Below are positions 7,354-14,246 of a stretch of 39,406 bases of DNA, piece after piece. Positions within the stretch are counted from its first letter, which is position 1. Each line of letters starts with the position of its first letter. Origin of the DNA: Actinomycetota bacterium (GTDB lineage: Bacteria > Actinomycetota > UBA4738 > HRBIN12); the NCBI GenBank assembly GCA_035461565.1, contig DATHVC010000264.1, positions 1 to 39,406 on the forward strand, in the 5' to 3' direction. Made by a program: the position numbers and the translations under genes. The notes beneath the pieces were generated by a model. That model had not been told where the DNA came from, ran no database searches, and was given only the letters and a program-made list of their open reading frames with translations.

Positions 7354-8544
7354 TCAGCGGTCGACGTCGCCGACGACGAAGAAGACCGAGCCGAGGATGG
7401 CGATGAGATCGGGGAGGAGCGTGCCGGGCAACATCGCCGGCAGGAGCGAGATGTTGGAGAACGAGGCCGTCCGCATCTTCAAGCGGTACGGCTCCGGTTT
7501 GCCGTCGCCCACGAGGTAGTAGCCCATGAGACCGAGCGGGTTCTCGGTGCGGACATACACCTCGCCGTCGAGCTTGAGGGTCTTCGGAAGCTTGGGCGCC
7601 CGGAACTCGCCCGGCGGGAGCTTGTCCATGCACTGCTCGACGATGTTGAGCGACTGGTACATGCGCTGCACGAGCACCCAAAGGCGGTCGTAGGAGTCGC
7701 CGCGGCTGCCGACCGGAACGTCGAACTCGACCTCGTCGTATTTCTCGTATGGCTCGTCTTTCCGGGGGTCCATCGCCACGCCGGATGCCTGGAGGGTCGG
7801 CCCCGACGCGCCGTACGCGATCGCCGTGTCGGCCGGCAGGATCCCCACCCCTTTGGTCCGCGCCAGGATGATCTCGTTGCCCATGATGAGATTCTCGAAG
7901 TCCTTCAGCTTGTTCCGTACGTGTTTGATCACCTCGGCCGACTGGCGCAGCCATCCCCGCGGCAGATCGTCTTTGAGCCCGCCCGGACGGATGAACGAGA
8001 AGTGCATCCTCGCGCCGGTGGCGGACTCCATGAGCGCCTGGATCATCTCGCGCTCGATGAAGGCGTAGAACATGGGTGTCATCGCGCCGAGCTCGAGCGG
8101 GTACGACCCGGCGAACATGAGGTGGTTCAGCACGCGGTTCCATTCCGCGAACATCGTCCGGATCCACCGCGCCCGCTCCGGCACCTCGATCCCCGCCAGA
8201 TGCTCCACCGCGAGCATGAAGCCGAGCTCGTTGTTGAACGCCGAGAGCCAGTCGTGACGGTTCATCAGGACCATCGTCTGGCGGGCATCGCGGTGTTCGG
8301 CCAGCTTCTCCGCAGCCCGGTGCATGTAGCCGATCACCGGCTCGGCCCGCGTGATGACCTCGCCGTCCAGCTCGAGCACCAGCCGCAGGACCCCGTGCGT
8401 GGCCGGGTGCTGGGGCCCGATGTTGAGGAGCATCTCCTGGGTGCGGAGCCCGCGTGGCGACACGACCTCGATGTCGATCCCGCCGCCGCGCACCATCCAG
8501 TGCTCGCCGGCCGCCGTGAAGTGCGCTCGCTCTTGGGTATCCAC
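7354..8544 (-). CDS. nuoD: NADH-quinone oxidoreductase subunit D-like protein (49-kDa/NDUFS2/Nqo4 family), stand-alone paralog.
   Basis: Motifs seen: LNIGPQHPATHGVLRLVLELDGE, IGYMHRAAEKL, TGARMH, RPGG, YDRLWVLVQRM, ENPLGLMGYY and a C-terminal VVGDVDR. No other nuo gene is in the window. Confidence 0.85.
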   Translation of the reverse strand: MDTQERAHFTAAGEHWMVRGGGIDIEVVSPRGLRTQEMLLNIGPQHPATHGVLRLVLELDGEVITRAEPVIGYMHRAAEKLAEHRDARQTMVLMNRHDWLSAFNNELGFMLAVEHLAGIEVPERARWIRTMFAEWNRVLNHLMFAGSYPLELGAMTPMFYAFIEREMIQALMESATGARMHFSFIRPGGLKDDLPRGWLRQSAEVIKHVRNKLKDFENLIMGNEIILARTKGVGILPADTAIAYGASGPTLQASGVAMDPRKDEPYEKYDEVEFDVPVGSRGDSYDRLWVLVQRMYQSLNIVEQCMDKLPPGEFRAPKLPKTLKLDGEVYVRTENPLGLMGYYLVGDGKPEPYRLKMRTASFSNISLLPAMLPGTLLPDLIAILGSVFFVVGDVDR

Positions 8545-8626
8545 CGCCCGCCCATCCTATCGGCCCTCGGGCGTGCCCGATCTTCGCGCGCCGGTCGGGA
8601 CCGGCACGCACTACCCTTGGACCGAC

Positions 8627-10015
8627 ATGGCGCGCCCCGCTGTCGAGCATCGTCGCCGGATCCCATCGGTTGACGCGCTCCTACGGTCCGAGCCCGGGCG
8701 CCGTGCCGGCGCGACGTTCGGCCGGGCCCTCCTCAAACGGACGCTGACCCGGACCCTGGACGAGGTCCGAGCGGGCGCCGCCCGCGGCGTCGAGCCGCCG
8801 GAGGACGACGTCATCCTGGCCCGGGCCATCGGCGCGGCCGCCACCGCCGCCATCGGCCTGGGCCCGGTCATCAACGCGACCGGGGTGGTGCTGCACACCG
8901 GCCTCGGACGGGCGCCGCTCCCGCCAGCCGCTCTCGAGGCGGCCGTCCGCGCCGCCGCCGGGTATGCCGATCTCGAGGTCGAACGGCAGACCGGCCGCCG
9001 GGGACGCCGCGGCGCCCGGGCCGAGCTGCTTGCCGCCTCGCTCACCGGCGCCGAGGACGGCCTGGTGGTGAACAACGGAGCGGCCGGCCTCCTGCTGACC
9101 CTGGCGGCCCTGGCCCGAGGCAAACACGTGTTGGTCTCGCGGGGCGAGCTCATCGAGATCGGGGGTGAGTTCCGGATCCCCGACATCCTGGCGGCATCCG
9201 GCGCCCGCCTCGTCGAGGTCGGGACCACGAACCGGACGCGGGTCACCGACTTCCGCCGGGCGCTGTCGGACAAGACCGCGCTGATCCTCAAGGTCCATCC
9301 CAGCAACTATCGCGTCGTCGGATTCACCGCCGCGCCCTCCGCGGCGGACCTCGCGAAGCTCGCCGGCACGGCCGGGATCCCCTTCGGGTACGACCTCGGG
9401 TCCGGGCTCCTCGACCACGTCCCCGGCGTGCCGGATGACGAACCCTCGGCCGCGGGAGCGCTTCGCGACGGCGCCGATCTGGTGGTGTTCTCCGGCGACA
9501 AGCTGCTCGGCGGTCCCCAGGCCGGCCTCGTGCTCGGGCGCGCCGACCTGATCGCGCGCCTGCGCCGCCATCCCATCGCGCGTGCCGTGCGGGTGGACAA
9601 GATGCAGGTGGCGGCCCTCGAGAGCGTCTTGGCGACGCACGCGGCCGGCCGCCGGGACGACCTCCCGGTCTGGCGCATGTTGCGAGAGCCGACCGAGGAC
9701 ATCCGCCACCGCGCCGAGGCGCTGGCCATCGGCCTCGATGGCGACCTCGAGGGAGCTCATGTCGTGGCCTGCGAATCGGCGGTGGGTGGCGGGTCGCTCC
9801 CCGGCTACGCGATGCCGTCGTTCGGCGTCGAGGTCCGAACGTCCGACCCCAACGCCTTCTCGGCCCGGCTTCGGTCGGGGTCACCGCCCGTGTTCTGCCG
9901 GGTGACCGAGCGTGGGGTCCTGCTCGACGTCCGCACGGTGCGAACGTCGGAGATCCCCGACCTCACGAGGGCGATCCAGTACGCCCTCGAGGCCGACGAG
10001 CTCGACGACGAGTGA
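8627..10015 (+). CDS. selA: L-seryl-tRNA(Sec) selenium transferase.
   Basis: N-terminal IPSVDALLR, VINATGVVLHTGLGRAPL, and FSGDKLLGGPQAG (PLP lysine motif). Confidence 0.9.
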   Translation: MARPAVEHRRRIPSVDALLRSEPGRRAGATFGRALLKRTLTRTLDEVRAGAARGVEPPEDDVILARAIGAAATAAIGLGPVINATGVVLHTGLGRAPLPPAALEAAVRAAAGYADLEVERQTGRRGRRGARAELLAASLTGAEDGLVVNNGAAGLLLTLAALARGKHVLVSRGELIEIGGEFRIPDILAASGARLVEVGTTNRTRVTDFRRALSDKTALILKVHPSNYRVVGFTAAPSAADLAKLAGTAGIPFGYDLGSGLLDHVPGVPDDEPSAAGALRDGADLVVFSGDKLLGGPQAGLVLGRADLIARLRRHPIARAVRVDKMQVAALESVLATHAAGRRDDLPVWRMLREPTEDIRHRAEALAIGLDGDLEGAHVVACESAVGGGSLPGYAMPSFGVEVRTSDPNAFSARLRSGSPPVFCRVTERGVLLDVRTVRTSEIPDLTRAIQYALEADELDDE

Positions 10016-11922
10016 CCGCGTCCCGCCCGGCGCGTCGTGACCGGCCCGGCGCCGACGGACCCGGCGGTTCGGCGCCGCCGCTCCACGTCGTCGCGACGGC
10101 GGGCCACGTCGACCACGGCAAGTCCACGCTGATCCATCGCCTCACCGGCATCGATCCCGATCGCCTCGAGGAGGAGAAGCGGCGCGGGTTGACGATCGAC
10201 CTCGGGTTCGCGTGGTTCACCCTGCCCTCCGGCCTGGAGATCGGTTTCGTCGACGTTCCGGGCCACGAGCGGTTCGTCCGAACGATGCTCGCGGGCATGG
10301 GGCCGGTGCGGCTCGTGTTGTTCGTCGTGGCCGCGGACGAAGGGTGGGGCCGCCAGTCGGAGGAGCACCTGGCCATCGTCGACGTCCTCGGGGCGGAAGG
10401 ATCGGTCGTTGCCGTCACGAAGAGCGACCTGGTGGACCCCGAACGGCTCGTCGAGGTGTCCCGCGACGTCCAAGCTCGACTCTCGGGAACGGCCCTGGAA
10501 GGAGCGGCGCTCGTGCCATGCTCGGCGACGACGGGCCGCGGCATGGACGAGCTCATGGCCGCCCTCGACGAGATGGTCGGGGCCGCTCCTCGCCCCGAGG
10601 AAGGTGACCGAGCGCGCCTGCACGTCGACCGCGTGTTCACGATCGCCGGAGCCGGCACGGTGGTGACCGGAACCCTCACCGGCGCTCCGCTCGCCGTCGG
10701 GGACGAGGTGGAGATACATCCCGCCCGGACCCGCGCCCGCATCCGCGGGCTCCAGACGCACCAGCGGCGGATCGACCTCGCCCGCCCGGTGTCCCGCGTG
10801 GCCGTGAACCTGGCCGGGATCGATCGCACACGCGTGGGGCGGGGCGACGTGCTGACCCGCCCCGGCGAATGGCTGGCGACCTCGGCCGTCGAGGTTCGTC
10901 TCGGCCCCGTACGCGGCCTCGGGCACCCGGTGACGGCCCGGGGAGCTTTCACCTTCCACAGCGGGGCCGCCGAACGCCCCGCGAACCTCCGCCTCTACGA
11001 CTCGACCGAGCTTGCGACCGAGGGCGCGTTCGCGCGCATCCGGCTCTCGGCGCCGATGCTCCTGGACGTGCACGACCGTTTCGTCCTGCGCGAGTCCGGG
11101 CGTCGGGAGACCGTAGCCGGCGGGGTGGTGCTGGACCCGTCCCCGCCGCGCCGTCCCGGTGCCCACGCAACCGAGCGGCTGGCGCGTCGCGTCGATGCCA
11201 CTCGAGCCGACCTCCCCCGCGTCGTGCTCGACGAACGGGGCGCCCTCCGGCGGAGCGAGATGCTCCTGCTAACGGGAGTCCGGGAGCTCGACGGGCCCGG
11301 GCCCGAACCCGTGGGCGACTGGTGGGTCGCCCGGTCGGTCCGAGCCGCCGCGGAGGAACGGCTCGTTGCGCGCCTTCGCGACCTCCACGTGGCCGACCCC
11401 ACCGCCGAGGGCGCGGGCGGAGCCGAGGTCCGCGGCCTGGCCGCCGAGGCGCTCCGAGCGGCGGGCGCGTCGGCGGACCGGGGTCTGGCCGACGCGCTCG
11501 TGGACGACCTTGTGCGCGCCGGTGCGATCGTCCGCGAGGGATCGGTCCTTCGGCTCCCCTCCCACCGACCCGGCATCCCGAGCGCGGAGGTGGAGCGCGT
11601 CGCCGCGACGGTCGCGGCCGGTGAGCCGGTCCCCCCGACGATCGAGGAGCTCAGACGTTCGGGCATCTCGATGCCGACGATCGACGCGGCCGTCCGCGCC
11701 GGAGCGCTCGTGCGCATTGCCCCAGACCTGGTCCTGACCCCGAGGCTCGTCGCCCGGGCCGTCGAGGTGGTTCGGTCCGCGGGAAGCGCCGGCATCACCG
11801 TGAGCGAGGTCCGGCACCGCCTCGGGACCACCCGGAAATACGCCGTACCGCTGATGGAGCACCTGGATCGAGCCGGCCTCACCCGGCGAAGCGGCGATCT
11901 CCGGTTCGCCCGGGGAACCTGA
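10012..11922 (+). CDS. selB: Selenocysteine-specific translation elongation factor.
   Basis: GTPase motifs AGHVDHGKSTL, DVPGHERF and TKSD. C-terminal winged-helix repeats (VSEVRHRLGTTRKYAVPLMEHLDRAGLTRR). The GTG start overlaps the selA stop (GTGA at 10012-10015). Confidence 0.9.
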   Translation: MTASRPARRDRPGADGPGGSAPPLHVVATAGHVDHGKSTLIHRLTGIDPDRLEEEKRRGLTIDLGFAWFTLPSGLEIGFVDVPGHERFVRTMLAGMGPVRLVLFVVAADEGWGRQSEEHLAIVDVLGAEGSVVAVTKSDLVDPERLVEVSRDVQARLSGTALEGAALVPCSATTGRGMDELMAALDEMVGAAPRPEEGDRARLHVDRVFTIAGAGTVVTGTLTGAPLAVGDEVEIHPARTRARIRGLQTHQRRIDLARPVSRVAVNLAGIDRTRVGRGDVLTRPGEWLATSAVEVRLGPVRGLGHPVTARGAFTFHSGAAERPANLRLYDSTELATEGAFARIRLSAPMLLDVHDRFVLRESGRRETVAGGVVLDPSPPRRPGAHATERLARRVDATRADLPRVVLDERGALRRSEMLLLTGVRELDGPGPEPVGDWWVARSVRAAAEERLVARLRDLHVADPTAEGAGGAEVRGLAAEALRAAGASADRGLADALVDDLVRAGAIVREGSVLRLPSHRPGIPSAEVERVAATVAAGEPVPPTIEELRRSGISMPTIDAAVRAGALVRIAPDLVLTPRLVARAVEVVRSAGSAGITVSEVRHRLGTTRKYAVPLMEHLDRAGLTRRSGDLRFARGT

Positions 11923-11927
11923 TCGGC

Positions 11928-12383
11928 TCAGGCGATCCTCGCCGTGAGCGCGACCTCCACCGAGGCGCCCAAGGGGAGCTCCGCCACCCCCACGGCGGCC
12001 CTGGCGTGACGGCCGGGGTCCCCGAAGACCTCAACCAGCAGGTCACTGGCTCCGTTGGCGACCTTCGGCTGGTCCGTGAACCCCGGGGCCGAGGCGACGA
12101 ACACGTCGAGCTTCACGATCTCGGCCACCCGGTCGAGCGAACCGAGCGCCTCGCGCAGGGCCGCCAGCGCCTGGAGGGCGCACCGCCGAGCAGCCTGCTG
12201 GCCGTGCTCGAGGGTGACCTCCGCGCCGAGCCGGCCCGCGGACAACAGCTCGCCCGCCTCGATCGGCACCTGCCCCGAGACGAACGCCAGGTCGCCCGCC
12301 ATCCGCACCGGGACATACGAAGCGAGCGGCGCCGGCGCGGTGGGCAGCTCGATCCCGAGCTCGCGCAGACGTTCGTCGATCAC
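11928..12383 (-). CDS. ridA: RidA/YjgF/L-PSP family protein.
   Basis: Family-typical length (151 aa). Segments seen: AFVSGQVP, KLDVFV and the C-terminal ELPLGASVEVAL pattern. Confidence 0.75.
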   Translation of the reverse strand: MIDERLRELGIELPTAPAPLASYVPVRMAGDLAFVSGQVPIEAGELLSAGRLGAEVTLEHGQQAARRCALQALAALREALGSLDRVAEIVKLDVFVASAPGFTDQPKVANGASDLLVEVFGDPGRHARAAVGVAELPLGASVEVALTARIA

Positions 12384-12454
12384 ACCGGACCCCCTGGCGT
12401 CGTCGGACGTGCGCCATCGTGCCAGAGGAACCGCGCTCGCCGCCAGGAGGCCGG

Positions 12455-12739
12455 TCAGCCGGCCGGGATCGACGCTTGTCGGCGAAGGACCTGGCGGCGT
12501 TCGAGCTCGTTCAGGCCGCCCCAGATGCCGTGTCCCTCCCGGACGCGAAGGGCGTAGTCCAGGCAGGGCGCTCGCACCGGACAGCGCGCACAGATGGCCT
12601 TGGCCTTGGCCTCTCGGGCGTTCTTTTCCTCACGGCGTTCGAAGTAGTTCGGCGCGAAGAACAGCGCGGAGTCCTCGCCGCGGCAGGCGGCCTCGAACTG
12701 CCAGCCGTAGGTCCAGTCCGCGAACATCCGTTCGACCAC
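12455..12739 (-). CDS. WhiB family transcriptional regulator (Fe-S).
   Basis: Four Cys in the WhiB arrangement (AACRGED...ICARCPVRAPC) followed by GIWGG. A GGAGGAGG RBS lies upstream of GTG 12739. Confidence 0.9.
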   Translation of the reverse strand: MVERMFADWTYGWQFEAACRGEDSALFFAPNYFERREEKNAREAKAKAICARCPVRAPCLDYALRVREGHGIWGGLNELERRQVLRRQASIPAG

Positions 12740-12859
12740 CCGGCGGCCCTCCTCCGCCCGTCCGCCCGTCAGTCGTCCTGCAAGGTGGTTCGTAACTCGA
12801 GGGGGGCGGGATTCGTCGGGAGGCCGGATTCGACCGGGGCCGGCCGAATCGCCACAACT

Positions 12860-14182
12860 TCATAACCCGGCGGGGTCGTCCTCCTCGGGCGGCTCGGATG
12901 CGGGCTCCGGCTGGACGCGGAGGATCAGGCCGTCCACGCCGCGCACGCGAACCTTCGTCCCGGCGGGGATCGGCCCGTCGGCGCTCCTCCCTCGCCAGAG
13001 CGTGCCCTTCACGTAGACGGGCCCCTCGGGTTTGAGCTCGCCACGGGTCTCCCCCACGAGCCCCACCAGGCCGGTCTGCGTGGAGGTGAGCCGGTCGCGG
13101 GACTGCACGGCGACGGTCAGGCCGAACCCCCAATACAGGAGCGCCGCCAGGACGAACGAACCGATCAGCCAGGGCGAGACGTCGATCTGGTCGTCGACGA
13201 CGCCGAACACGACGAACGACCCGACGGCGAACGCCACGAGCCCGCCGGCCGTGGCGATCCCCAGGCGGCGGATCTGCACGTCCAGCGTCATGAGCCCAAG
13301 ACCTCCGACGAGGAGCGCCAGGCCGATCCACGAGAACGGCACGACGACCAACCCGTAAGCCGCCAACCCCAGCATGCCGAGCCCCGAGAAGCCGGCGAAG
13401 CCGAATCCAGGCTGGGTGAGCTCGAACGCCAACGCCGCGAGGCCGAACACGAGCAACACGTAGATCCAGGTCGGCGAGGAGGCCGCGTGCAGGACGCGGT
13501 CCACCGGCCCCAGGTCGACGAACCGAACCGTGACCGGCTCCTCGGCCTCGGTCCGCGCCACCGCCGTTCGAAGGGTGACCTCGCCTTCAGCCGTGGAGAC
13601 GCTCAAGCCGTCCACCTCGTCGAGCAGCCCGGTGATCGAGACCGCGACGGCCTGCGCGATGTTCCCCTCGATCGCATCCTGAGCCGGGCTGGGCTCGTCG
13701 GGGAATACGAGCGGCGTGGGGCGTCCCCGCTCCTGCACCCACTCCGTCGCGAGCGCCCGCACGTCCGCCGGCGCCGGCTCGTCGTGACCCGCCAGGTCCA
13801 GCGGGACGAGCGGCCCCACGCCCACTCCGGGGGCCACGGCTCCGAGGCTCGCCGCGTAGAGCAGCAGGAGTCCCGCGCCGCGCGCCTTGGCCGGAGCGGG
13901 ACCGACCCAGGCCACCACCGGGACCGACGCCTCGTGAACTCGCTCGGCGAGCGCCACGGCGTTCTGGTCCAAGGTGCCGGCCGAGTCGAGCTGGAGCACG
14001 ACCGTGGAGCCCACCTCCTCGGCCTCGGCCAGCGCCCGACGCAGGTAGCTCGCCAGGGTTCGATCGATCGAGCCGTCCACCTTGATCACGCTCACCGAGG
14101 CGTCCTCCTGCTGCGCGGCGGCGGCGGCCGGCCACACGGCGAGGAGGCAGAGAACCAGGAGGAACGGGGCCAGGCGGCGCAT
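12860..14182 (-). CDS. NfeD-family membrane-bound serine protease (ClpP-class N-domain, TM block, C-terminal OB-fold).
   Basis: Signal peptide MRRLAPFLLVLCLL. Motifs seen: IKVDGSID...LRRAL and LQLDSAGT, several TM helices, and a C-terminal VYVKGTLWRGRS...GTKVRVRGVDGLIL. Confidence 0.75.
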   Translation of the reverse strand: MRRLAPFLLVLCLLAVWPAAAAAQQEDASVSVIKVDGSIDRTLASYLRRALAEAEEVGSTVVLQLDSAGTLDQNAVALAERVHEASVPVVAWVGPAPAKARGAGLLLLYAASLGAVAPGVGVGPLVPLDLAGHDEPAPADVRALATEWVQERGRPTPLVFPDEPSPAQDAIEGNIAQAVAVSITGLLDEVDGLSVSTAEGEVTLRTAVARTEAEEPVTVRFVDLGPVDRVLHAASSPTWIYVLLVFGLAALAFELTQPGFGFAGFSGLGMLGLAAYGLVVVPFSWIGLALLVGGLGLMTLDVQIRRLGIATAGGLVAFAVGSFVVFGVVDDQIDVSPWLIGSFVLAALLYWGFGLTVAVQSRDRLTSTQTGLVGLVGETRGELKPEGPVYVKGTLWRGRSADGPIPAGTKVRVRGVDGLILRVQPEPASEPPEEDDPAGL

Positions 14183-14246
14183 GGACGCCCCCATGCTACC
14201 GACGGGAAACCGATCCACCGGCCGGATATCCTGGCGCCGGACGCCC

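Noticed and set aside
8545-8626. Possible tRNA-Sec (selC) in the spacer between nuoD and selA, or after selB (11923-11927).
   Set aside because: The spacers are only 82 nt and 5 nt. I could not fold a cloverleaf with the long acceptor and variable arms of tRNA-Sec, and there is no TCA anticodon loop context.
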